Assembly: GCF_025698945.1 (NCBI RefSeq)
Contig: NZ_JAILWM010000002.1
Coordinates: 166,680 to 230,679, forward strand
Direction: 5' to 3'
DNA: 64,000 nt
From: Nitrosopumilus sp.
GTDB lineage: Archaea > Thermoproteota > Nitrososphaeria > Nitrososphaerales > Nitrosopumilaceae
Both the position numbers and the translations under genes were made by a program. This document shows positions 1-9,527 of this stretch, piece by piece. The notes under the pieces are model-generated. The model made no database searches and was not told the DNA's origin. It saw only the letters and a list, made by a program, of their open reading frames with translations. Within the stretch, counting starts at the first letter, position 1, and the number at the start of each line of letters is the position of its first letter.

Positions 1-1
1 A

Positions 2-592
2 TCAACAAAGAAATTCTTGAGCAAGTTGTGGAATGTATCAAGATTTTTGTCTAGCTTTCCAGTAATAAAATCAGGAACTCCTAATGCGTCAGATAAATGG
101 ATTTTATCGGAATTGGATAATCTAGTAAAAGAATGCACGAGAGGATACAATGAATACAACTTCTTTATTCCCGCAATTGCAATTAGGGAATTCACTTGGA
201 ATGTCTTTGCAGCACATTATATCGAGATGGTAAAAGCTAGAGCCTATGGAATTGGTTTTTCTGATGAAGAAAGAGATGGTGCAATATTTACATTACACAA
301 AGTATTGGCAACTATTCTAAAATTGTTAGCACCAATAACACCGTTTATCACTGAATATCTTTGGGGGATTTTGTATTCAAAAGAAAGTATTCACAAACAA
401 AAACAGGTAGTATCAGAAGATCTTGAAAACAAAAGTGAGATAACAAAAGAGATTACAGAATTTAATTCCAAAGTTTGGAATGAGAAAAAGACTCAGAATC
501 TATCTTTAAAGGATTCAATTAAAATTGAGATTCCTGTAAGCCTAGAATCATTCAAAAAAGACCTAAAATCTATGCACAATTTAGCAGATTAA
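2..592 (+). CDS. valS: Valyl-tRNA synthetase, C-terminal part (5'-truncated by window edge)
   Basis: Frame is open to the window start; KLWNVSRF and HYIEMVKAR..LLAPITPFITE are typical of the class Ia anticodon-binding domain. Confidence 0.85.
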   Translation, partial: STKKFLSKLWNVSRFLSSFPVIKSGTPNASDKWILSELDNLVKECTRGYNEYNFFIPAIAIREFTWNVFAAHYIEMVKARAYGIGFSDEERDGAIFTLHKVLATILKLLAPITPFITEYLWGILYSKESIHKQKQVVSEDLENKSEITKEITEFNSKVWNEKKTQNLSLKDSIKIEIPVSLESFKKDLKSMHNLAD

Positions 593-1284
593 ACAGTCAT
601 TATTCCATTAGTAATCAAATATTGAATACCCTGAACGAATGTTTCATCATCGATTTGGTTTGATGCCCACCATTCAGCGTTACTTTTTATCCAAGAAGGA
701 ATTTCTTTACCAGAAGATTCTCCAGATTCAGTCTCGGGAATAGTCATAATTCCATTATTAATCAAATATTGAATACCCTGAACGAATGTTTCATCATCGA
801 TTTGGTTTGATGCCCACCATTCAGCGTTACTTTTTATCCAAGAAGGAATTTCTATTTCTGGCTCTACAATAAAGGGATTAAGTGCTGTAGTTCCAATTAT
901 ATCAATTATTGAATCTCCTCCAAAAAACGGAATTACGAGAGTTCTAGAAGTTGAAGAAGTTTCTTTTTCAACATAATCAGTTTCAAAACCATCAACTAAA
1001 ACGAAAAAAATATCATCTGATGTTTCAAATTTTGCATCTAAGAGAATTCTAGGAATTGTAATTTCAAAAGTTCCATCAGAAGTGGCATCCATTGTAATAA
1101 TTAATTCTATAAAATCAGGATCTAAATACATTGATTCAACAATGCCATTTTCAATTTCATAAGCAACATCAAATGAATGAACTAAGATCGATCCTGTATC
1201 AGCAAAAGAAAGTTGTGGATTTGTTGGCATTAATAATATTGAAAAAAGTAATCCTAGAAAAAACAGAGAATTTTTAGTATTCAT
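589..1284 (-). CDS. Secreted/surface protein with two C-terminal IPSWIKSNAEWW repeats (thaumarchaeal surface-protein module)
   Basis: Hydrophobic N-terminal signal; duplicated 49-aa module EIPSWIKSNAEWWASNQIDDETFVQGIQYLI. Confidence 0.75.
   Translation of the reverse strand: MNTKNSLFFLGLLFSILLMPTNPQLSFADTGSILVHSFDVAYEIENGIVESMYLDPDFIELIITMDATSDGTFEITIPRILLDAKFETSDDIFFVLVDGFETDYVEKETSSTSRTLVIPFFGGDSIIDIIGTTALNPFIVEPEIEIPSWIKSNAEWWASNQIDDETFVQGIQYLINNGIMTIPETESGESSGKEIPSWIKSNAEWWASNQIDDETFVQGIQYLITNGIMTV
612..853. repeat. 95-bp exact direct repeat (612-706 = 759-853), period 147 bp
   Basis: Direct comparison of the two copies. Confidence 0.9.
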
Positions 1285-1286
1285 AT

Positions 1287-2510
1287 TTAATTCCCAGATA
1301 TACTAACATCTTCGTTTAATTCAACGGAAATGTCTGAGCTAGAATTTTCATCTGCAGTATCATTTGGAATTTCATCTTGAGATGAAATGATCTTTGTTAG
1401 AGTTGCATCACCTTCAAGAAACCACAGGTGTGAAATTTTACTTTGTGGTCCAAGAAGTGAAACTTGAGTTGAGCCATCAATTTCGTTAATTGGAGAATCA
1501 GAATTTAAGTAAATTTTAAGCGTAGAATGTACTTCTTCCATTAAATTATCTTCTAAAAATGCAATAATGACAAGTGAATCTTTAGTTCCAGAATCACCTG
1601 AAGATATGGCTCTGGCCTTTCCAAATCCACAATTGTAAGGAACATCATCAACTAAAATTTCACATTCTTGTAATTCCAATTTTAAATTTGATTTACTTTT
1701 ATCAAAAGTCTTGAAAGTCATAAAACCAGTAAGCAAAGATGATTCAGAATCATTTCCAATAGAAGTTGCATCTACAGAATCAAAAACAAGTTCAAAGGAT
1801 TCATCAATCATTGTTTTACCCATTTTTTTACCTAAATAGTCCCCACTGTTGATTTTTTCAAGAATTTTTTGAGTTCTTGTATCCAATTTTTCGGATTTTT
1901 CTAGCAGTTTTTCGCGGATTTTTTCAGAATGGTTTTCAATTTTACTTTCCAATTTATCAGAAAGTGCTGAGAATTTCTCAACATCGTTAGCTTGATTTAA
2001 TTCAATATTATTTTGATATTTTTCTTTAATTTTTTCTAATTTCTGCTTATAGTCATTAGCTTTCTCTATTAATTTCTCCTCTAATCTTTTTCTATCAGAT
2101 TCAAGCTTTGCTTTCTTGTCTTCCAATCTTTGTAATTTTTCTTCAGCTCGTTGCTTTTTCTCTTCTAGTTTATCTTCAACTCGTTGCTTTTTCTCTTCTA
2201 GTTTATCTTCAACTCGTTGCTTTTTCTCTTCTAGTTTATCTTCAACTCGTTGTTTTTTCTCTTCTAGTTTATCTTCAACTCGTTGTTTTTTCTCTTCTAG
2301 TTTATCTTCAACTCGTTGTTTTTTCTCTTCTAGTTTATCTTCAACTCGTTGTTTTTTCTCTTCAACTTTTTCAATTTGTTTTTCAAATTTATCAAAATCA
2401 TCTTTATCAGTAGTATTTTGAGCAAATGATTCATCTATTGAAAAAATTCCAAAAGATCCACCTAGTAATATAGATGCCATTATACCAAAAAATACAAATT
2501 TTTTGTCCAT
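1287..2510 (-). CDS. Secreted coiled-coil protein with 11-aa repeats
   Basis: Signal peptide ending SFAQ; six VEDKLEEKKQR repeats; K/E-rich stalk then globular C-terminus. Confidence 0.75.
   Translation of the reverse strand: MDKKFVFFGIMASILLGGSFGIFSIDESFAQNTTDKDDFDKFEKQIEKVEEKKQRVEDKLEEKKQRVEDKLEEKKQRVEDKLEEKKQRVEDKLEEKKQRVEDKLEEKKQRVEDKLEEKKQRAEEKLQRLEDKKAKLESDRKRLEEKLIEKANDYKQKLEKIKEKYQNNIELNQANDVEKFSALSDKLESKIENHSEKIREKLLEKSEKLDTRTQKILEKINSGDYLGKKMGKTMIDESFELVFDSVDATSIGNDSESSLLTGFMTFKTFDKSKSNLKLELQECEILVDDVPYNCGFGKARAISSGDSGTKDSLVIIAFLEDNLMEEVHSTLKIYLNSDSPINEIDGSTQVSLLGPQSKISHLWFLEGDATLTKIISSQDEIPNDTADENSSSDISVELNEDVSISGN
2147..2363. repeat. 33-bp coding tandem repeat, 6 full copies plus a 19-bp partial
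   Basis: Unit ctcgttg(c/t)tttttctcttctagtttatcttcaa starts at 2147, 2180, 2213, 2246, 2279, 2312, 2345. Confidence 0.95.
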
Positions 2511-2563
2511 TTTGAAAACTTGGCTGAATAATAGTTAAAAAGATTACTTAGTAATGATATGTC

Positions 2564-3181
2564 TTAATTTATTTTTGATTTTACTAGATTGACAAAATAT
2601 TTGTGTAGTGATGTATCAGTTGTAAGCTCGGGATGAAAAGCAGTACCAATTACATTTCCTTTTTTTACTGCAATAATTCGATCATTTAGTTTTGATAATA
2701 TTTCAACATCAGAGCCAACATCAGAGACAGATGGAGCTCTGATAAAAACACCGTTAAATTTTGGAATGTTTATAGAATCTAATGATATGTCAGATTCAAA
2801 TGATTCACGCTGTCTTCCAAAAGAATTTCTTTCAAGTTTGATATCAAGAATATCCAATAGTGGTTGATTGGTTTTTCCGACTACACGATCATCAGCAGTT
2901 TTTGATAGCATTATCATACCAGCACATATTCCAAGAACAGGCATTCCATTTTCAATTTTTTCTTTTAAAATTTTCAACGAACCATTAACCAATGATAATT
3001 GTCCAATTGTTGTACTTTCTCCTCCAGGAATAATCAAACCATCAATTTGAGAAATATCATCAGGTGTTTTTACAGCAATTACCTTTCCTTCGATACCTAA
3101 ATCATCTAGTGCATTTTTTACAGATAGGAGGTTTTCCTGAACGTCACCTTGTATGGCTAAAACACCTATACAAACACTCAT
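2564..3181 (-). CDS. pdxT: Pyridoxal 5'-phosphate synthase glutaminase subunit
   Basis: [24 protein letters not shown] motifs; overlaps pdxS. Confidence 0.95.
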   Translation of the reverse strand: MSVCIGVLAIQGDVQENLLSVKNALDDLGIEGKVIAVKTPDDISQIDGLIIPGGESTTIGQLSLVNGSLKILKEKIENGMPVLGICAGMIMLSKTADDRVVGKTNQPLLDILDIKLERNSFGRQRESFESDISLDSINIPKFNGVFIRAPSVSDVGSDVEILSKLNDRIIAVKKGNVIGTAFHPELTTDTSLHKYFVNLVKSKIN

Positions 3182-4146
3182 GAAGTTCCACCACGATCTT
3201 GCATACGTAATTCTAATGTGTTAACATCTAATCCCAACATAGATTGTCTTTCATCAATCATTTTTTGAGCTTCTTTTACTTTATCAGATTCATTCCAAAA
3301 GGTTGTTGCTAAAACAATTGCTCTTGCTCTTTCTTTAGCATCATCTGCATTAAAAATTCCAGAACCAACAAAAATACCATCACACCCTAATGACATTAGA
3401 TATGCTGCATCTGCAGGAGTAGCAATTCCACCAGCTGCAAAATTTACAACGGGCAATCTTCCTAGTTTAGCAGTTTGTTCAACAATATCATATGAAACTT
3501 TGAATTCTCTTGCCATTCTAACAAGATCTTGATTATCGCCTGAATCATAAATTGATTTTATAGTTCGGAGCTCATCATTTACTTTTTTGATATGTGTTAC
3601 TGCTTCTGCAACATTTCCAGTTCCTGGTTCGCCTTTGGTTCTAATCATTGCAGCACCTTCTTCAATTCTTCTTAATGCTTCAGATAATGATCTTGCTCCA
3701 TTAACAAAAGGTGTTGTAAAATCCCATTTCCAAATATGATGAGATTCATCTGCAGGAGTTAATACTTCAGATTCATCAATCATATCTACATCAGTTTCTT
3801 GAAGAACCAATGCTTCATTGACATGACCAATTCTACACTTTGCCATAACAGGAATGGTAACAGAATCCATAATATCTTCAATAATTCTAATACTTGCAGT
3901 TCGTGCAACACCACCTGCTTTTCTTACTTCAGATGGAAGTTTGTCTAAAACCATAACTGAAACAGCACCTGCCTCCTCAGCTATTTGTGCTTGCTCAACA
4001 TTTGTAACATCCATAACAACTCCATTTTTTAGCATATGAGCAAATCCACGTTTAAGAGTAGATGAGCCACGAATTACATCGTTAAAATCTACTTTTTCAG
4101 ATATTATTCCTTTAGCATCATTACGTTCACCAGATAAAGGCAGCAT
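3178..4146 (-). CDS. pdxS: Pyridoxal 5'-phosphate synthase lyase subunit
   Basis: [37 protein letters not shown]. Confidence 0.97.
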   Translation of the reverse strand: MLPLSGERNDAKGIISEKVDFNDVIRGSSTLKRGFAHMLKNGVVMDVTNVEQAQIAEEAGAVSVMVLDKLPSEVRKAGGVARTASIRIIEDIMDSVTIPVMAKCRIGHVNEALVLQETDVDMIDESEVLTPADESHHIWKWDFTTPFVNGARSLSEALRRIEEGAAMIRTKGEPGTGNVAEAVTHIKKVNDELRTIKSIYDSGDNQDLVRMAREFKVSYDIVEQTAKLGRLPVVNFAAGGIATPADAAYLMSLGCDGIFVGSGIFNADDAKERARAIVLATTFWNESDKVKEAQKMIDERQSMLGLDVNTLELRMQDRGGTS

Positions 4147-4176
4147 ACTCTAATTTTCACTTCAGCCTATTTGTAC

Positions 4177-4710
4177 CTATTCACTAATTTTAGATATAAT
4201 TTGATCTAGTTCAGATTCAACCATAGTAATTATTGGAGGAATAAAATTTGACGTGACGTTTTGTTCAGGCCAATGGATTTGGTTTACACGACCGTTAAGA
4301 GTAACTTTGACATTAGATTTTTGATATTCACTTGCATTATCAAAAACTACAAAAGATTCAGATGGGATTGAAATAAATCCAGTTTCTTTGATCATTGCTT
4401 TTAATTTGTTTAAGGTTACTTCATCTATTTTGGAACGAATGTCAGGTTTTGGATATCCTTGTTCAGTAACAGAATATTTTACTTCCCCATCATTTTTTAT
4501 TAAAAGAATTTCAGTTTTTTGAGATCCAATTCTTTCAGCTACACCAAAAGAAATTTTTTTTAATTGATGCTTTGTATATTCAATTTCTATTTTGTCATAA
4601 GAGTTAGCTGCAGAAATAGGGATTTCATTTTTTGTTAGTAATGGAACAGAAAGTAAAATTGCAGCAATTACAGGAATTGCTCCTAAAAGTAAGTAAATTG
4701 TTTTTACCAT
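4177..4710 (-). CDS. Membrane-anchored hypothetical protein
   Basis: N-terminal hydrophobic helix, 177-aa ORF. Confidence 0.65.
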   Translation of the reverse strand: MVKTIYLLLGAIPVIAAILLSVPLLTKNEIPISAANSYDKIEIEYTKHQLKKISFGVAERIGSQKTEILLIKNDGEVKYSVTEQGYPKPDIRSKIDEVTLNKLKAMIKETGFISIPSESFVVFDNASEYQKSNVKVTLNGRVNQIHWPEQNVTSNFIPPIITMVESELDQIISKISE

Positions 4711-4798
4711 GATTGATTTACAATGAGAAATCGTTGATTATGCAAATAAATCTTGGTTAAAATAACTTAAAATTCAAGTCTATTTCATTCTTGATTGT

Positions 4799-4951
4799 GG
4801 GGTCGTAGCCTAGCCTGGTAGGGCGACAGTGTCTACGATTAGATCACCGCTAAGGGCTCCAGAGGTAAACTAAGCTAAACTGACTCACGGATGATGTAAG
4901 TTTGGAGCTGTAGTGACCCGTAGGTCGCCGGTTCGATTCCGGTCGGCCCCA
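4799..4951 (+). tRNA. tRNA-Trp(CCA) with two introns (28/29: 4828-4853; 37/38: 4863-4915)
   Basis: Acceptor GGGGTCG/CGGCCCC-A; T arm GCCGG-TTCGATT-CCGGT; removing both introns gives stem ACGGG/CCCGT with loop CTCCAGA. Confidence 0.9.
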
Positions 4952-4961
4952 CGTTGAAATT

Positions 4962-7229
4962 TTATGGATTATTTCTCAAAACATTAAGTGCAGAACCAGC
5001 TTTGAACCACTCTATTTGTGCTTCATTATAAGAATGATTTAGTAAAATCTCTTCTTTATTTCCGTCATTATGTGTAATAATACACTTAACTTGTTTGTGT
5101 GGTGCTAAATTATCAAGTTCAACTAAACTGATTTTGTCATCTTCTAAGATTTTATCATAATCAGAAGGGTTGCTAAATGTCAATGCCAAAATTCCTTGTT
5201 TTTTCAAATTTGTTTCATGTATTCTAGCTAGACTTTTTGTAATTACTGCAACACACCCCAAATATCTAGGGGTCATTGCAGCATGTTCTCTACTACTGCC
5301 TTCTCCGTAATTATTATCGCCAATAATCACCCAGTTCATTTGTTTTTCTTTATACTGACGGGCAATTTTTGCAAAAGATTCTTGCTTGTTGTTAAGAATA
5401 TTCTTTCCGACCCCAACTTCATCATTAAATGCATTAACTGCACCTAAAAGCATGTTATCGCTTAGATTATCCAAGTGACCTCTTAGAGATAACCAAGCAC
5501 CAGCAGGAGAAATATGATCAGTAGTACATTTTCCTTTTGCCTTTACCATGATGGGTAATTCTTCAAAATCTTTTCCACTCCATGCAGGAAAAGATTCCAG
5601 TCTTTGCAGTCGTTTACTGTTAGGATCAATAATTACTTCAATATCTTTAGAATTTTCTGGTGGAGCAATAAAAATTCCCTCAGGTCTCATGAATCCTTCT
5701 TTAGGAACTTCAGGTGCGGGTTTTGGTGGTTCAAGCTTGAACTTTGTACCATCTGCAGCGGTTAATTCATCTTTTAATGGATTAAAAGATAATTTCCCAC
5801 CTAATGATAAAGCAATAATCATTTCAGGACTTCCAATAAAATTTAGTGTATTTCGATGACCATCATTTCTTCCAGGGAAATTTCGATTAAAGGTAGTGAC
5901 TATAGTATTTTTTTGATCTTTATCTAATTCAGGTCTATTCCATTGACCAATACACGGACCACATGCATTTGCTAATACTGTAGCACCAATCTCTTTTAGA
6001 GAATCCATTTGACCATCACGCTCTATTGTTCCTCTGATTTGTTCTGAACCAGGAGTAACGAGTAAAGGAATTTTAGATTTGATTCCTTTTGCCCTTGCTT
6101 GCTCGGCAATACTTGCAGCTCTTGACATGTCTTCATAAGATGAATTAGTACAACTTCCAATTAATGCAACAGATATTGGATCTACATAATCATTGGAAGT
6201 CACATCATCAGATAGTTCAGAAATACTTCGTGCTAAATCAGGAGTATGTGGTCCAACAATATGTGGCTCTAAAGTTGAAAGATTGATTTCAATTACTCTA
6301 TCAAAAAAGTTTTCTGGATTATTTTCAATTTCAGGATCTGCAACAAGTGAAGCTTTATTTTGATTAGCTAATTCAGCAATGTCAGCTCTGTTTGTATACT
6401 TTAGATAGGTTTCCATTCTTTCATCATAAGGAAAGATTGAACATGTAGCACCAATTTCTGCTCCCATATTAGTTATGGTTGCTTTACCTGTACAACTAAT
6501 TGATTTTGTACCAGGACCAAAATATTCAACAATTGCATTAGTGCCACCAGATACGGTTAATTCTTCTGCAACTTTTAGAATGATATCTTTTGGTGCAGTC
6601 CATCCATTTAGTTCACCAGTTAATTTTACACCAATTTTTTTAGGAAAAAGTAATTCCCATGGCAATCCAGCCATAGTTTCAGCAGCATCAAGACCACCCA
6701 CACCTATTGCAATCATTCCTAATCCTCCTGCATTTGGAGTATGTGAATCAGTACCAATCATTAATCCTCCTGGGAAAGCATAATTTTCTAAAACTACTTG
6801 ATGAATAATTCCTGCTCCTGGCTTCCAAAAACCACAACCATATTTTGCAGCTGCAGATTGTAGGAATTTGAAAACTTCACTGTTTTCATCAAGTGAAACT
6901 TTCATGTCAATATCTCCTTGAACTTCAGCTCTAATGAGATGATCACAATGAACAGTAGTTGGTAAAGATGTTTTATCAAGTCCAGCTTGCATGAATTGAA
7001 GCATAACCATTTGGCCAGTTACGTCTTGTAGAGCTACTCTGTCAGGTTTAAGAAAAACATAGTCTTTACCACCTTCAAATTTTTTTTCATCTATCTGATT
7101 AAAATGGCCTGCTAGAATTTTTTCAGTAAGTGTAAGTGGTCTTCCTACAGTTGATCGGTATTTTTTGATATTTTCTTTTAATTTTAGATATACATTTGAA
7201 ACTAGTTCTGGAGTAGAATCAATATCCAT
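4962..7229 (-). CDS. acnA: Aconitate hydratase
   Basis: DRVALQD, HCDH, GTDSHT, IGSCTNSS, ACGPCIG, TTDHISPAG, GEGSSREHAA. Confidence 0.95.
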   Translation of the reverse strand: MDIDSTPELVSNVYLKLKENIKKYRSTVGRPLTLTEKILAGHFNQIDEKKFEGGKDYVFLKPDRVALQDVTGQMVMLQFMQAGLDKTSLPTTVHCDHLIRAEVQGDIDMKVSLDENSEVFKFLQSAAAKYGCGFWKPGAGIIHQVVLENYAFPGGLMIGTDSHTPNAGGLGMIAIGVGGLDAAETMAGLPWELLFPKKIGVKLTGELNGWTAPKDIILKVAEELTVSGGTNAIVEYFGPGTKSISCTGKATITNMGAEIGATCSIFPYDERMETYLKYTNRADIAELANQNKASLVADPEIENNPENFFDRVIEINLSTLEPHIVGPHTPDLARSISELSDDVTSNDYVDPISVALIGSCTNSSYEDMSRAASIAEQARAKGIKSKIPLLVTPGSEQIRGTIERDGQMDSLKEIGATVLANACGPCIGQWNRPELDKDQKNTIVTTFNRNFPGRNDGHRNTLNFIGSPEMIIALSLGGKLSFNPLKDELTAADGTKFKLEPPKPAPEVPKEGFMRPEGIFIAPPENSKDIEVIIDPNSKRLQRLESFPAWSGKDFEELPIMVKAKGKCTTDHISPAGAWLSLRGHLDNLSDNMLLGAVNAFNDEVGVGKNILNNKQESFAKIARQYKEKQMNWVIIGDNNYGEGSSREHAAMTPRYLGCVAVITKSLARIHETNLKKQGILALTFSNPSDYDKILEDDKISLVELDNLAPHKQVKCIITHNDGNKEEILLNHSYNEAQIEWFKAGSALNVLRNNP

Positions 7230-7382
7230 ATCAGCAATAAATCCATCCCGAATTTATATTTGCAATTAAAAAATACCTAAAAATTTTTTCACAGGCATGA
7301 AAATTCTTAACAATTATAAGCGAAAAGCAGCTTCTTAATTTACTGTTGGGGAGTAGCAAATTTTCAAAATTGAGGTGTAAAC

Positions 7383-8015
7383 ATGGTCAATAAGGGTTTT
7401 CCAAAATTTGGCATGTCACAAGCTGGAGCATTTGTTGCAGCACTTAAAAATTACAACTTGCCAGATTTCATTTTAGTTTTAATTGCCAAAGAATGCAAAT
7501 CAGAACTTCTAGAGAGAGGACGGATAGACGATAGATTACAAAGTATGAATGATGAAGCTCTAGAACTTTTACACAAAGTTTTTGTTGGTTGTGAAGAAGA
7601 CAGCGCAGGAAAATATGCACAATACAGATTCTATGCATATGTTTCTAGTATGTATCATAAATGTGAAGTTTTAGTTAATGAAACCATTCCAGGTCAATCT
7701 GGTAAAAATCACAAAATTCCAGTTGCTGTAAAAAATAATGGAATGTATATTTCGGTAGCATATAATAAAGCAACAGGAAATCCAGTTAACAAAAAAGAAA
7801 CTGCAAGATTCTACGAAATGGTTGATGATATTAAGAGAGGAGAACATGGAACGATGTTAACTGATGCAATTTATGGTTCATCGGTAGGATTTAGAGGAGA
7901 TGCTTTAGTGGAACTTGAAACTTTGAGTAAATCAAGACCAAATGATCCTGAAAACAAACTAGATTTTAAAACTGCAAATTTCGAAAATAATATTTATTCT
8001 GTAACAAAGTGTTAA
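7383..8015 (+). CDS. Conserved hypothetical protein; C-terminus resembles a degenerate restriction-endonuclease fold
   Basis: 210-aa ORF with its own upstream AT-rich promoter region; PGQSGKNHKIPV segment. Confidence 0.65.
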   Translation: MVNKGFPKFGMSQAGAFVAALKNYNLPDFILVLIAKECKSELLERGRIDDRLQSMNDEALELLHKVFVGCEEDSAGKYAQYRFYAYVSSMYHKCEVLVNETIPGQSGKNHKIPVAVKNNGMYISVAYNKATGNPVNKKETARFYEMVDDIKRGEHGTMLTDAIYGSSVGFRGDALVELETLSKSRPNDPENKLDFKTANFENNIYSVTKC

Positions 8016-8019
8016 GAAA

Positions 8020-8586
8020 TTACAAATTTAGTTGAGAAGTATTTATAGTTAGAAACATTGGTTTACCATCTGTTTTTTTGAAATCTTCACCATATTGCTC
8101 AAATTCCAATTGTTCATAGAAATGTTTTGTCCAGATATCATGAACTTCCTGAACATATTTTTTGTGTCTTAAAATACGCAATAGTTCATGAAGTATCTCA
8201 TGAGATACAGTAGTACAATTTTTTTCTGCAAGAAATAATGTATCATTTTCTTCTTTAGGTTGTTGCCAAAAAGCAAGACCAAAATTTTCAGCATGATATC
8301 CCTCACATGTACAATCTGTCCACAATGGTTTGAAATGAGTTAAGTAGAAATGATAAATTTCTTTTCCTCTTTGCTCATGATCACGTACTAGAGTATGTGT
8401 GTCAAGTCGTTGCAATATACTTCTAGGTTGGGTAACTAATTCATCACATTGAATTTCATAGTCTAATCCGAATTTCTCTTTAATCCAAACCTTGTAAAAT
8501 TGGCTCATTTTTTGGATATATTCAAATTCAAATTTCCTTTTATCACGATCTTCTTCTTTTACAACAAAAATAAAGTGTAAAATCAT
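8020..8586 (-). CDS. Hypothetical protein with HExxH zinc-metalloprotease-like motif
   Basis: TVSHEILHELL. Confidence 0.65.
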   Translation of the reverse strand: MILHFIFVVKEEDRDKRKFEFEYIQKMSQFYKVWIKEKFGLDYEIQCDELVTQPRSILQRLDTHTLVRDHEQRGKEIYHFYLTHFKPLWTDCTCEGYHAENFGLAFWQQPKEENDTLFLAEKNCTTVSHEILHELLRILRHKKYVQEVHDIWTKHFYEQLEFEQYGEDFKKTDGKPMFLTINTSQLNL

Positions 8587-8604
8587 TTTAAGAAAAAAGG
8601 GTGT

Positions 8605-8844
8605 TTATGTTTGGCCTTCAATACCCATCAGGGTTAGAGTTGAACGAATCTTTTCAATTTTTCTTATTTTCCAAGTAATTGTTTCTCTAAGTTTTTCAAC
8701 AGTATCAGATTCGATCTTGGCCAAAATATCGTATGCACCAAAAGTTCCATGAACTTCCTTAACACCTTCTAAGCCCTTTAGTTGCTGTATGATAGCTTCT
8801 TCTGAACCTAGTTCACAGTTTATTAAAACATAAGCTGTTGCCAT
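8605..8844 (-). CDS. Stand-alone Lrp/AsnC ligand-binding (RAM) domain protein
   Basis: AYVLINCELG...VHGTFGAYDILAKI...IRSTLTL; no HTH. Confidence 0.9.
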   Translation of the reverse strand: MATAYVLINCELGSEEAIIQQLKGLEGVKEVHGTFGAYDILAKIESDTVEKLRETITWKIRKIEKIRSTLTLMGIEGQT

Positions 8845-8887
8845 AAAATAATTAGATAATTCGACTATATCAATAAACCGATTTTAG

Positions 8888-9319
8888 TTAGGTTTGAGAA
8901 ATCTTTAAAATCGCGTCCCATATTGGCTTTGGAACAGGCATTACGGATAATCTAGATATTTTAATCAATTCCCAATTTTTGAATTTTTTATCTTTTTTCA
9001 TTTCATCTAGAGTTACAGGACGTTTCAAAGTTTTTTTATATTTTACATCAACAACAACAAAACGAGGATTTTCTTCTTTAGGATTAGGATAAGGCTTTGA
9101 AGTAATTTGCATAATTCCTACAGCTTGTCGTTCATCTCCGGTATGATAAAAAATTGCAAGATCACCAGGTTTCATTTCCCTCATATGCTTTAATGCTAAA
9201 TTATTATGAACACCATCCCATACAGTTGATTTTTCTTTCTTCAATCTTTCAAAATTATATCCTCTAGGACCACTGGGTTCTTGTTTTGCTAGCCAATAAT
9301 TTACCATTTCATTTTTCAT
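8888..9319 (-). CDS. EVE domain protein (PUA-like)
   Basis: YWLAKQEP, WDGVHNNLA, GDLAIFYHTG, SRLSVMPV. Confidence 0.9.
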   Translation of the reverse strand: MKNEMVNYWLAKQEPSGPRGYNFERLKKEKSTVWDGVHNNLALKHMREMKPGDLAIFYHTGDERQAVGIMQITSKPYPNPKEENPRFVVVDVKYKKTLKRPVTLDEMKKDKKFKNWELIKISRLSVMPVPKPIWDAILKISQT

Positions 9320-9356
9320 TTTTGTAATGGATGTTTAATGTTTATCTAAAAATGAA

Positions 9357-9527
9357 AAATGTTCCCCGGTTCTGACTCGCACAAGATCATTGGTATTTTA
9401 GCCAAAACCTCCTTGGGTTTTCTAACCGGGGTTGCCCATAATGTAGCACGCCTGGGTGAATTAGAAATCATAGGTATCATTACGATCGACTCATCCTAAT
9501 CCGTCTGCGTGCCTGCTCTTGGGCGTT
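9357..9527 (-). ncRNA. Candidate two-hairpin H/ACA pseudouridylation guide RNA
   Basis: GC-rich intergenic island; each hairpin has a basal stem, internal pocket, tandem-GA K-turn-like motif and ACA box (9444-9442, 9362-9360); oligo-U follows; TATA-like tttaataa near 9576-9583. Confidence 0.7.

Noticed and set aside
2147-2363. 33-bp repeats as a CRISPR array
   Set aside because: Head-to-tail with no spacers, in frame within a CDS, and no cas genes in the window
2108-2421. Two plus-strand ORFs with repeated peptides
   Set aside because: Antisense shadows of the 33-bp coding repeat in the 1287-2510 gene
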